In this document: positions 47,821-56,868 of the stretch, one piece after another
Layout: each line of letters begins with the position of its first letter
Position numbering within the stretch: the stretch's first letter is position 1
Assembly (NCBI GenBank): GCA_039589315.1
Contig: JBDHHQ010000007.1
Coordinates: forward strand, 48,201 to 112,200
Direction of reading: 5' to 3'
Origin: Gemmatimonadota bacterium
GTDB taxonomy: Bacteria; Gemmatimonadota; Gemmatimonadetes; Longimicrobiales; Gaopeijiaceae
Length of the DNA stretch: 64,000 nt
The notes under the pieces: generated by a model
Told to the model about the DNA's origin: nothing
The model's database searches: none
What the model saw: only the letters and a program-made list of their open reading frames with translations
Position numbers and translations under genes: made by a program

Positions 47821-49175
47821 TGGCGGCAGCGAGCATCGGGGGAGCGGGGCCTCTGTGGGTCGCCGCCGCTCAGGCGGGAGCGCAGGCCCCCGCGGGCGGC
47901 TCGGGTCTATCGGAGCTCCTCGGGCGGCTCAGCGTCGAGAGCCCGGTGTGGCAAGCAGTGATCGGCATCCTGGTGATCGCCGTGGTCTCGGCCATCACCT
48001 ACCTGGTCGCGCGCCGCCTCATCGTCAGGACCATCAGGCGTGTCGCGAGGCGCACCAAGGCCCAGTGGGACGACCTGATCCTGGAGCACCGCGTCTTCGA
48101 CCGGCTCGCACACATCGCGCCGGCGCTGGTGTGGTTCTACGGCGTGCGCTTGATCCCCGCACTGCCGCCGCCGGTCTCGTTGTTGGTACAGCGCGTGTCC
48201 CTGGCGGTGATCGTGGTCGTCGCGGTGGTCTCGGCGAGCGGCTTCCTCACGGCGGTAAACGAGATCTACCAACGCGTCTACCTGGAGGCGCGCAACCGGC
48301 CGATCAAGGGCTACATCCAGATCGTCAAGATCTTCCTGTTCGTGGGAGCGGGCGTCGTGGTGGTGGCCACGATCATGGATCAGTCTCCCCTGATCCTGCT
48401 GTCCGGACTGGGCGCCCTGACGGCCGTGCTCCTGCTGATCTTCCGGGACACGATCCTGTCACTGGTGGCCAGCGTCCAGATCGCCTCCAACGACATGATC
48501 CGCATCGGCGACTGGGTCGAGATGCCCCAGCACAACGCGGATGGCGACGTGGTGGACGTGGCGCTCCACACCGTGAAGATCCAGAACTGGGACAAGACCA
48601 TCACGACGATCCCCACCTACAAGTTCATCCAGGACAGCTTCAAGAACTGGCGGGGCATGCAGATCGCGGGTGGGCGGCGCATCAAGCGCTCGATCCCTCT
48701 GGACCTGGGCACCGTGCGCTTCCTGACCCGGGAGGAGATCGCTCGCCTGTCCCGCTTCGAGCTCCTTCGCGACTATCTGGAGGCGAAGAGCCGGGAATTG
48801 GCCGAATACGAGGCCGCCGGCCCGTCCGACACGGATCTGCAGCCCACGGTACGGCAGCTCACGAACGTGGGGACCTTCCGGGCGTATTGCCTGAACTATC
48901 TCCGCCGCCACCCCAAGATCCACAACGGCATGACGCTGCTGGTGCGACAGCTTGCGCCCGGCCCGCAGGGGCTGCCGCTGGAGGTCTACTGCTTCTCCAG
49001 CGACACGGACTGGGCGAATTACGAGGGGCTCCAGTCGGACATCTTCGAGCACTTGCTGGCGATCCTGCCCGAGTTCGGCCTGAGGGCCTTCCAGCAACCA
49101 TCCGGTGCCGATCTGCACGGCCTGCCGCTGCTCTCGAGGAACGCCGACGGGGGGTCGGCCCACATCGCTCCCTAG
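47820..49175 (+). CDS. MscS-family mechanosensitive channel (YbdG-like)
   Basis: IKGYIQ, GLGALTAVLLLIFRDTIL, IGDW, VKIQNWDKT, SFKNWRGM..GGRRIKRS, TNVGTFRAY, GLRAFQ; TGATG overlap. Confidence 0.93.
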   Translation: MAAASIGGAGPLWVAAAQAGAQAPAGGSGLSELLGRLSVESPVWQAVIGILVIAVVSAITYLVARRLIVRTIRRVARRTKAQWDDLILEHRVFDRLAHIAPALVWFYGVRLIPALPPPVSLLVQRVSLAVIVVVAVVSASGFLTAVNEIYQRVYLEARNRPIKGYIQIVKIFLFVGAGVVVVATIMDQSPLILLSGLGALTAVLLLIFRDTILSLVASVQIASNDMIRIGDWVEMPQHNADGDVVDVALHTVKIQNWDKTITTIPTYKFIQDSFKNWRGMQIAGGRRIKRSIPLDLGTVRFLTREEIARLSRFELLRDYLEAKSRELAEYEAAGPSDTDLQPTVRQLTNVGTFRAYCLNYLRRHPKIHNGMTLLVRQLAPGPQGLPLEVYCFSSDTDWANYEGLQSDIFEHLLAILPEFGLRAFQQPSGADLHGLPLLSRNADGGSAHIAP

Positions 49176-49285
49176 GTGTCGGAGACAAGGGCCTGTCACG
49201 CACCAGGCCCGTCCGTCGTGGTGGTGAGGCACGCCTTCGCCGCGCCATCCGAGTGTCCATCGGTATGTGGGGATTCGGCGACCTC

Positions 49286-49353
49286 TACCCTTGACGGTTT
49301 AGGGTAAGCATCTTAGGGTTAGGTGTTTCGCTTACCCTAAGACATTCAGGGTA
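49286..49353 (+). promoter_or_regulatory. sigma70 promoter overlapped and flanked by two TACCCT-N9-AGGGTA operators
   Basis: -35 TTGACG 49291-49296, 17-bp spacer, -10 TAGGGT 49314-49319. Palindromes at 49286-49306 and 49333-49353. Confidence 0.75.
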
Positions 49354-49381
49354 CACCTCAGCTCTGCCTACGAGGCGATCC

Positions 49382-49714
49382 ATGGGGGAGGACAAGGTCA
49401 GCTTGCTTCAGGGCACACTGGATATGCTGATCCTCAAGGCGCTGGCCGGCGACGCGCTGCACGGTTTCGGCGTGGCGCGTTGGATCGAGCAGGTCACCGG
49501 CGATCGGCTGACGGTGGACGAGGGCGCGCTGTATCCGGCACTCCATCGGATGGAGAGGCGGGGGTGGCTGCGGTCCGAATGGCGTGTGACCGAGAACGGG
49601 CGCCGAGCGAAGTACTACCGATTGACCGGAGCCGGCCGGGACGAGCTTTCGTCGCAGGTCCGACGCTGGGAGGGCTCTTCGTGGGCGGTGCAACAGGTGC
49701 TGGAGACGGAGTAG
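49382..49714 (+). CDS. PadR-family transcriptional regulator (acidobacterial type)
   Basis: LLQGTLDMLIL, HGFG, GALYPALHR, TENGRRAKYY.LT..G. Confidence 0.95.
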   Translation: MGEDKVSLLQGTLDMLILKALAGDALHGFGVARWIEQVTGDRLTVDEGALYPALHRMERRGWLRSEWRVTENGRRAKYYRLTGAGRDELSSQVRRWEGSSWAVQQVLETE

Positions 49715-49716
49715 GG

Positions 49717-52338
49717 ATGAAGCTCGGGCGGCGAAATCCGGTCGACGAGGAGCTCCGCTTCCACCTCGACCGGTTGGCGGAGATGCTGGTGGACGAGGGG
49801 ATGGAGCCATCCGAGGCGCGTGCGGAGGCGAGGCGCCGCTTCGGGGACATGAGCAGATACCGCGCGGAGTGCGCGGCCGGGTGGCGCCACGATGGGTCCC
49901 GGGCGGAGAGGGAGGGGATCATGGCTCAGATCCGGCAGGATATCCGGTACGGCCTGAGGGCATTGGCCCGCGCTCCGGGGTTCACGGCCATCGTTGGGTT
50001 GACGCTGGCGCTCGGCATCGGTGCGAACACCGCCATCTTCAGCGTGGTGCACGGCGTTCTCCTTCGCCCGCTGGGCTTGGCCGATGCGGATCGCCTCGTC
50101 GTCGTGCTCGAGTCGAGCCCCGCCTTGGGCATCGCGTCCAGCCTGACGTCGGTGCCCATGCTCGAGGACTGGAGGGAAGGGGCGGAGTCCCTCGCTTCCC
50201 TCGCCGCGTGGCAGTGGTGGTCCTTCACGCTCGAGGATCCGGTGGAGGCGGTCGAGCTCCAGGGGGTTCAGGTCAGCGGGAACTACTTCCCCACCCTCGG
50301 CGCCGTGGCGCAGCTCGGGCGCCTCCTGGACGAGAGCGACGAGGTGACGGGGTCACGGGGCACCGCCGTCGTGATCAGCGATGCTTTCTGGCGGGAGCGG
50401 TTCGGTGCCTCGACCGAAGTGCTGGGGAGCGTCATTCGGATCGACGGCGCGGCCGTCGAGGTCGTGGGGGTCATGCCACCCAACCACGTGGCACCCAGCC
50501 CCGAGGCGGATCTGTGGATGCCCGTCGGCTTCAGCGTCGTCCATCCGAACTACGGCGTGCGGAGCCTCCAGACCGTGGCGCGGTTGGTTCGGGGCGCCAC
50601 CATCGAGAGCGCGACGAGGGAAGTGCGCGCGATCGCGGAGCGGGTGGCGGTGGAGAACCCTCAGTCGTCTCAGTCGTGGACGGCGCATGCGGTGCCATTG
50701 CGCGAGAGCGTCGTCGGGGAGGTGCGGGCCTCGATTCTGATCGCCTTCGCCTCCGTCGGCCTCCTGCTTCTGATCGCCTGTGTGAACATCGCCAACCTGC
50801 TGCTGGCGCGAGCCGCGGCCCGGGAGCGGGAGATCGCCATTCGAACGGCGTTGGGCGCCGGCAGGAAGCGTATCGCGCGCCAGCTGCTGACCGAGAGTCT
50901 CCTCTTGGCTCTCCTGGGCGGTCTCATGGGCATCGCGGTGGCCTTCGCGGCCCATGGCGCCATCCTGGCCCTGGAGCCCGGGGTCCTGCCGAGGGTGCGG
51001 GAGATTCGGCTCGATCCGTTGGTGCTCGCCTTCGCCATCGGGCTTGCGCTGCTCACCGGCGTCGTCTTCGGCCTGGCGCCCTCGCTGCAAGCCGCCGCCG
51101 TACGCCTCACCTCGGTCTTGAAGCAGGCGGGCGGCCGCTCGTCCAGCGGTGTCCGGCACCGTCGACTGCGCCGAGCCCTGGTCGTCGGCCAGCTGGCGCT
51201 TACCCTGGTCCTGCTATCCGGCGCGGGCCTGCTGTCGCGGACATTCCTGGAGCTGCGGAGCGTGGATCCAGGCTTCCAACCCGAAGGCGTTGCGGCGGCA
51301 CGCATCTTCCTGGATGCGCGTAGATACCGGTCGAGCAGCGAGCATCTCTACTACGCGAAGCTGCTGGAGCGGGTACGGCAGATCCCCGGCGTAACCGCCG
51401 CGGGCGCGTCCAGCTCGCTGCCCATGGATCCCGTCGCCGTGAACTTCGACCTCCCCTTCCGCACCGAGGCCACCGCGGGCGTCGAAGGGGGGGAGATTCC
51501 CCAGGCGGACTTCCGCATCGTCACCCCGGGCTACTTCGAGAGCCTCCGCGTGCCGTTGCTGCGGGGACGCCTCTTCGACGGCGGGGATCGGCCCGAGACC
51601 CCGAAGGTGATCCTGGTCAACCGGACCATGGCAGAGCAGCACTGGCCTGGTATGAACCCGGTGGGTCGCCGTCTCGAGACCGTGTTCGGCGGATGGGAGT
51701 GGTACGAGATCGTGGGCGTCGTGGAGGACACGCGGTACTACGGACTCGATGCGGAGCCACGGCCCGAGATGTACGTCGCGGAGCCGCAATTCGCGTTCGC
51801 CTCCATGACGGTGGTCGCCCGTACCGAAGGCTCGGCGTCTGCGCTCGTTCCGCTGCTGCGGTCCGCGGTCCGTGAGGCGGACCCCCTTCAGCCCGCCCAG
51901 AGCGCCTTTGCCGTCACTCAGCTGATCTCGGCTTCGATCGCCGCCGAGCGGTTCTACGCGACGTTGCTGGGCGTCTTCGCGCTCGTGGCCATGCTGCTGG
52001 CGGTGGCCGGGGTGTACGGAGTCCTGTCGTACTGGGTCAGCCAACGCACGCAGGAGATCGGTGTCCGGTTGGCGCTGGGGGCCGGTCGGGGGCAGGTCGT
52101 CGGCTTGGTCGTGGGCAGCGGAATGCTGGTGGCGGCCGCCGGTATCGGGTTGGGGCTACTCGTCGCTGCGGGCACGATGCGCTTCCTTTCGAGCATGCTT
52201 TTCGGGGTCGAAGCCCTGGATCCACTCACCTTTGGCACCGTCTCCGCGATCCTGGCCCTGTCTGCCCTCGTCGCGTGCCTCGCGCCCGCCGTTCGGGCCA
52301 GTCGATTGGACCCCGTCGCCGCCTTGCGCGAGGAGTGA
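49717..52338 (+). CDS. ADOP-type duplicated MacB/FtsX ABC permease with N-terminal prefix domain
   Basis: DEELRFHL...ARRRFGD prefix; TLALGIGANTAIFS; LLIACVNIANLLLAR; EIGVRLALGA; DPVAALR. Confidence 0.95.
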   Translation: MKLGRRNPVDEELRFHLDRLAEMLVDEGMEPSEARAEARRRFGDMSRYRAECAAGWRHDGSRAEREGIMAQIRQDIRYGLRALARAPGFTAIVGLTLALGIGANTAIFSVVHGVLLRPLGLADADRLVVVLESSPALGIASSLTSVPMLEDWREGAESLASLAAWQWWSFTLEDPVEAVELQGVQVSGNYFPTLGAVAQLGRLLDESDEVTGSRGTAVVISDAFWRERFGASTEVLGSVIRIDGAAVEVVGVMPPNHVAPSPEADLWMPVGFSVVHPNYGVRSLQTVARLVRGATIESATREVRAIAERVAVENPQSSQSWTAHAVPLRESVVGEVRASILIAFASVGLLLLIACVNIANLLLARAAAREREIAIRTALGAGRKRIARQLLTESLLLALLGGLMGIAVAFAAHGAILALEPGVLPRVREIRLDPLVLAFAIGLALLTGVVFGLAPSLQAAAVRLTSVLKQAGGRSSSGVRHRRLRRALVVGQLALTLVLLSGAGLLSRTFLELRSVDPGFQPEGVAAARIFLDARRYRSSSEHLYYAKLLERVRQIPGVTAAGASSSLPMDPVAVNFDLPFRTEATAGVEGGEIPQADFRIVTPGYFESLRVPLLRGRLFDGGDRPETPKVILVNRTMAEQHWPGMNPVGRRLETVFGGWEWYEIVGVVEDTRYYGLDAEPRPEMYVAEPQFAFASMTVVARTEGSASALVPLLRSAVREADPLQPAQSAFAVTQLISASIAAERFYATLLGVFALVAMLLAVAGVYGVLSYWVSQRTQEIGVRLALGAGRGQVVGLVVGSGMLVAAAGIGLGLLVAAGTMRFLSSMLFGVEALDPLTFGTVSAILALSALVACLAPAVRASRLDPVAALREE

Positions 52339-52579
52339 GGAAGGGCGAATCTGCAGGTATGGAGCGCCGTCGCTACGGCGCCGCTCCGTGGAGGGGCCCG
52401 GCCCCCGGCGCGGACCGTTCGAGGGGGTAGCGCGGTCCCGCCGACGCGCCCCGCCCACGCGCCCGCCGGGATCCGTCGCCTTCCTCCCGCTCCGCTCCTC
52501 GCCGCCACCCGTTGGGGGCGCGGGTGATCGCCGAAGGCCGGCTCCCGTCGCTGTCGGAGCAACCGGGAAGGAGGGGATC

Positions 52580-53047
52580 ATGCCTTTGCAGAAGCTGAAA
52601 CAGTACCTGGACGAGAATGGCGTGAAGTTCGTAACCATCTCCCATTCACCGGCGTTCACCGCCCAGGAGATCGCCGCGTCGGCCCACGTGCCGGGGAAAG
52701 AGCTGGCCAAGACCGTCATGCTCAAGATCGACGGCAAGCTCGTCATGGTCGTGCTTCCGGCAACGGATCAGGTCAGCATGGACCGCATGCGGGAGATCAC
52801 GGGCGCGCATGAGGCGGAGTTGGCCAGGGAAGAGGATTTCCGGGACCTGTTTCCGGGGTGCGAAGTGGGGGCCATGCCTCCCTTCGGCAATCTCTGGGAC
52901 CTGGCAGTCTTCGTGGACCAACGTCTCCGCGAAGACGAGCAGATCGCGTTCAACGCCGGGACGCACACGGAGCTGGTGCGGCTTTCCTACACCGACTTCG
53001 AGCGCCTGGTGGAGCCGACCATCGCCCATCTCTCAGCCCGGGCCTGA
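52580..53047 (+). CDS. YbaK/EbsC family aminoacyl-tRNA deacylase-like protein
   Basis: HSPAFTAQE, LAKTV, FPGCEVGAMPPFG, FNAGTH; strong RBS. Confidence 0.92.
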   Translation: MPLQKLKQYLDENGVKFVTISHSPAFTAQEIAASAHVPGKELAKTVMLKIDGKLVMVVLPATDQVSMDRMREITGAHEAELAREEDFRDLFPGCEVGAMPPFGNLWDLAVFVDQRLREDEQIAFNAGTHTELVRLSYTDFERLVEPTIAHLSARA

Positions 53048-53152
53048 CAGCCTGACCCGAGCCCGAGGTCGCCCATACCCACGCCGTCGGTCGCCCACAT
53101 GGTGGCCGGCGGCGAATCATGAGAGTCCACGCGTGCCCGCACCGGAGTTCGC

Positions 53153-54493
53153 ATGAACCGAGCCCGCATCCTGATCCTGGGCGCCGCCGGCAGGGACTTC
53201 CACACGTTCAACATGATGTACCGGGGTGATCCGTCCGTTGACGTGGTGGCGTTCACCGCTCAGCAGATCCCCCACATCGAGGACCGTCGCTACCCGACCG
53301 AGCTGGCCGGTGAGCTGTACCCTGACGGGATTCCCATCGAGAGCGAGGACGACCTGGAGGCGCTCATCCAGGACAGGAACGTGGACCGGTGCGTCATGGC
53401 CTATTCGGACGTGTCCCACCAGTACGTCATGAACCTCGCGAGCCGGGTGAACGTGGCCGGGGCAGCCTTCGAGCTGCCCGATCCGCGGGCATCGATGCTC
53501 CGGTCCGAGCGGTCTGTCGTGGCGGTGTGCGCCTCGCGGACCGGGGCCGGGAAGAGCCCCACGAGCCGGGCGGTGGTGACGGTGCTGCGCGACGCCGGTG
53601 CCCGGGTCGGCATCATCCGCCACCCCATGCCCTACGGCGACCTCGTGAGGCAGCGCGTGCAGCGGTTCGCCAACGCCGAGGACCTCACGCGTCATGAAGT
53701 GACCATCGAGGAACGCGAGGAGTACGAGCCCCACATCGCCAACGGCTCCGTGGTCTGGGCCGGGGCGGATTACGCCGACATCCTCCGGCAGGCGGAAAGG
53801 GAAGCCGACGTGATCCTCTGGGACGGGGGCAACAACGATACGCCGTTCATCGAGCCCGACGTGCTGATCACTCTCGTCGATCCCCACCGGGCCGGTCACG
53901 AGTTGAGCTACTACCCCGGCGAGAACAACGTCCGCATGGCCGACGTGATCCTCGTCAACAAGGTGGATACGGCCGACCCGGAGGCGGTGGCCACGGTCGT
54001 GGAGAACGCCCGGAGCATCAACCCCACTGCCACCATCCTGAAAGCGGCCTGTCCCCCGTCGCCCGAGCACCCGGAGATCCTCCGGGGCCGGGACGTCCTG
54101 GCCGTGGAGGACGGCCCAACGGTGACCCACGGCGGCATGGCATACGGAGCTGCCTCCATCGCGGCCCGCCGGCTGGGCTCCACGCTGCGTGATCCTCGGC
54201 CCTACGCCGTCGGCGAGATCCGTGATACCCTGGCGGCCTATCCCCACCTCGACTCGATCCTGCCCGCCATGGGCTACGGCGCCTCGCAGATTCGGGACCT
54301 GGAGCAGACGATCGCCGCGGCAGCCGCGGATGGCGTGGAGGCCGTGGCGATCGGCACCCCCATCGACCTGGGCCGGCTGGTGGACATTCCGGTGCCCCAC
54401 ACGAGGGTGCGCTACGAGATCGAGTTGGAGCAGCCGGACGCGCTGAAGGCGATCCTGGAGCCCGCACTCAACGGGGTGCCAGGACCTTCCTAG
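53153..54493 (+). CDS. Cyclic 2,3-diphosphoglycerate synthetase-like P-loop NTPase
   Basis: GAAGRDFH, QIP.I..RRYP, RTGAGKS P-loop, RHPMPYG, TIEEREEYE, WDGGNND, NKVD, EDGPT.THGGM, PAMGY. Confidence 0.85.
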   Translation: MNRARILILGAAGRDFHTFNMMYRGDPSVDVVAFTAQQIPHIEDRRYPTELAGELYPDGIPIESEDDLEALIQDRNVDRCVMAYSDVSHQYVMNLASRVNVAGAAFELPDPRASMLRSERSVVAVCASRTGAGKSPTSRAVVTVLRDAGARVGIIRHPMPYGDLVRQRVQRFANAEDLTRHEVTIEEREEYEPHIANGSVVWAGADYADILRQAEREADVILWDGGNNDTPFIEPDVLITLVDPHRAGHELSYYPGENNVRMADVILVNKVDTADPEAVATVVENARSINPTATILKAACPPSPEHPEILRGRDVLAVEDGPTVTHGGMAYGAASIAARRLGSTLRDPRPYAVGEIRDTLAAYPHLDSILPAMGYGASQIRDLEQTIAAAAADGVEAVAIGTPIDLGRLVDIPVPHTRVRYEIELEQPDALKAILEPALNGVPGPS

Positions 54494-54654
54494 TGTGGTG
54501 CTGCAAGAGTCGTGATGCTATTCGAGAGCCGCTGCATCCCGCCCGGCGGCGTTACGGTTCCTCGCAATAGCGCTGCTATTATCGTCTCCGCGCCTTGCCG
54601 GCTCGGGCGCATCGGCCCCCTCGGTAGCTACCAGACTCTGCGGCACGACACCAG
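54490..54654. mobile_element. MITE-like non-autonomous fold-back element (165 bp)
   Basis: Imperfect terminal inverted repeats CTAGTGTGGTGCTGCAAGAGTC and GACTCTGCGGCACGACACCAG; nested internal stems; central AATAGC-gct-GCTATT. Confidence 0.6.
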
Positions 54655-54745
54655 TGCGGCGCCTCAGGCACCGTCCCGCCTCCCGTGGCTCCCCACCATG
54701 CGGGCGAGGGGGCACCTGACGACGGAACGCGTGGTACCAAGGGCC

Positions 54746-55615
54746 ATGACTCGCGCAGATGGGTGGAGGGGTCTCCGGGAGCGACGACGGGTCGGTGGGT
54801 ACGCCGAGCTCGCGCCACCACGCGACCTGTTGCCGTGCGTGGAAGCGGTCTGGACCTACCGGACCCCCGACGACGGTCCGCCCCCCCAACATCGCGTGCT
54901 TCCCCACGTCGGCGTCAGCCTCTGCCTCGAATACCGGACACGGGGGGCGGACGCCGGGGACATCCGCGCGCTACTGCTGGGACCGGTCCGGGAGTCACGC
55001 ATCTTCGAGCCCGAACGGGGCCTGGTGATGGAGGCGGTCCAGCTTCACCCCGAATGGAGCCGAGCGCTCCTCGGGGTCGCTCCGGAAGATCACACCGACC
55101 GGCTGGACGACTGGTGTGACGTTCGGCCTCGGCAGGCCGCGGAGCTGACCGGCCGTGCCGAGGAAGCCGTGGCCGCGGGCCGCGCCCCGCTGCCCGGGCT
55201 GCTGTCGTGGCTCAGCGGTCGATGGCAGCGTTGTCGAACCGATCCCGCCACCAGGCTGGCCCACGCCGCGCTCCGCCGCCTTCGGGGCGAAGTGGGGGGC
55301 CAGGGGCGCGTCGAGGCAGTGGCACGGGAGCTGGGTGTGTCACCTCGGCATCTTCGCCGGGTCGTGGGTGCCGTCGCCGGGCGGTCACCCAAGTCCATCC
55401 ACCGCGTGGGGCGCCTCAACCGAGCCGTCGCCGAGGGCGACGCGACCGTGAAGCCTCGATGGGCCGCGGTCGCTGCGGGGCACGGGTACTTCGACCAGGC
55501 TCACCTGATCCGGGAGTTCAGGGAGCTGGTCGGCTTCACGCCGACCGACCTCCACACCGAGCGCCGAACCCAGCGTGTCCGGTTTTTCCAAGCCGGCGAG
55601 GGAGCCCAGCCCTAG
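54746..55615 (+). CDS. AraC-family regulator with N-terminal DUF6597-like domain
   Basis: YAELAPP..L..CVEAVW, HRVLP, GVSPRHLRR, GYFDQAHLIREFR...GFTP. Start uncertain. Confidence 0.88.
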   Translation: MTRADGWRGLRERRRVGGYAELAPPRDLLPCVEAVWTYRTPDDGPPPQHRVLPHVGVSLCLEYRTRGADAGDIRALLLGPVRESRIFEPERGLVMEAVQLHPEWSRALLGVAPEDHTDRLDDWCDVRPRQAAELTGRAEEAVAAGRAPLPGLLSWLSGRWQRCRTDPATRLAHAALRRLRGEVGGQGRVEAVARELGVSPRHLRRVVGAVAGRSPKSIHRVGRLNRAVAEGDATVKPRWAAVAAGHGYFDQAHLIREFRELVGFTPTDLHTERRTQRVRFFQAGEGAQP

Positions 55616-55668
55616 ACTCTTGTGGAGCCGGCCCAGCGTGGGCGGCACGGTGACGCGAGGAGGGGACG

Positions 55669-56868
55669 ATGAGGCACGTAGCGTTGGCATCCATGTGGGC
55701 CGTCGCAGTGGTGGGGGTCTTGCTCGGCACCGGGCCGGGGAACGTCGAGGCCCAGTTGCCGTGGGACACGACGCGGTGGGAGGTCCAGGCCCAGGAGTCC
55801 CGGGTGGAGACGTACCTGGGTCGTGAGGCTCTCTATCTGCAAGGCGGCACGGCCTGGTTGAGGGAAGTCGAGCTCCGTGACGGCGTCGTCGAGTTCGACG
55901 TGGCGGCTACCGAGGCACAAGGGTTCCACGGGGTCCGGTTCAGGGCGGTCGACCGCCTCAATCACGAGCACATCTACCTGAGACCCCACCTCTCCGAGAA
56001 GTCGGACGCCGTCCAGTACAACCCCATCTACAACGGCGTCAGCGGCTGGCAGCTCTACTCCGACGCGCGCTACGCCCTGCCCGTGAGGATCACCCCCGAC
56101 CGATGGGTCCACGTGCGCCTGGCCGTGCAGGGGCGAAGGGCCGAGATGACCGTGGACGGCGCACTCCTCGTCTTCCCGGAGCTGGTGCGCGATCCGGTCA
56201 GCGGTCGGGTAGGCCTCAACTCCTCGACGACGGCGGCCCGCTTCGCCAACGTGGTGGTCAGGCCCGGAGCCGACCCCGGGTTCGGGGCCGATGAAGGTGC
56301 CCCGGCTGTCGAGCCCGAGCCGGGGACGGTCCTCTCCTGGCTGATCTCCCAGCCGTTCTCGGAGGACGAGGTGGATGGCGTCACCGAGCTGCCGTCCGAC
56401 CTCAATGGCGACGGAGGGTGGGAACCGCTGGAGGCCGACGTGCGTGGCATCGCCAACATCGCGAAGCTCCACGGCAACCGGTCCGAGGACAGGAACACCG
56501 TGTTCGCCGCGATCACGCTGCGGTCCGACGGCGAGCGCGTGCTCCGCGTCCGCGTCGGCTTCAGCGACCGCCTGCGCGCCTTCCTGAACGGACGCCAGCT
56601 ATACGCCGGCGCCGACGGGTATGCGACTCGCGACTACCGCTTCCTGGGCACGATCGGCTTGTTCGACGAGCTCTTCCTGCCCCTTCGCGCCGGTGAGAAC
56701 CGCCTTTGGCTGGCGGTGAGCGAGGATTTCGGCGGCTGGGGTGTCACCATGCAGATCCCGGATGTCGAGGGAATCGAGATCAGCGAGCCGCGTTCGAGCC
56801 GACTGAGCCCGCCCGGATCCGGGCCAGCCGAGGTCAGGGGCGGGCGCGCGCCAGGATCCACTCCGTGA
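55669..56868 (+). CDS. Secreted protein with a concanavalin-like (DUF1080-like) beta-sandwich and a second beta domain
   Basis: GAGGAGG RBS; signal peptide; DG.VEFD, F.GV.FR, E..YLRPH, VQYNP...G..GWQLY, W.HVR, GFSD..FLNG. Confidence 0.65.
   Translation: MRHVALASMWAVAVVGVLLGTGPGNVEAQLPWDTTRWEVQAQESRVETYLGREALYLQGGTAWLREVELRDGVVEFDVAATEAQGFHGVRFRAVDRLNHEHIYLRPHLSEKSDAVQYNPIYNGVSGWQLYSDARYALPVRITPDRWVHVRLAVQGRRAEMTVDGALLVFPELVRDPVSGRVGLNSSTTAARFANVVVRPGADPGFGADEGAPAVEPEPGTVLSWLISQPFSEDEVDGVTELPSDLNGDGGWEPLEADVRGIANIAKLHGNRSEDRNTVFAAITLRSDGERVLRVRVGFSDRLRAFLNGRQLYAGADGYATRDYRFLGTIGLFDELFLPLRAGENRLWLAVSEDFGGWGVTMQIPDVEGIEISEPRSSRLSPPGSGPAEVRGGRAPGSTP

Noticed and set aside
49298..49325. Telomere-like TTAGGG repeats
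   Set aside because: Only two full, non-tandem copies, explained by the operator half-sites and the -10 box.
56834..56868. 35-bp 3' overlap of convergent genes
   Set aside because: Short tail overlaps are common in GC-rich genomes, and the overlapping tail is low-complexity.
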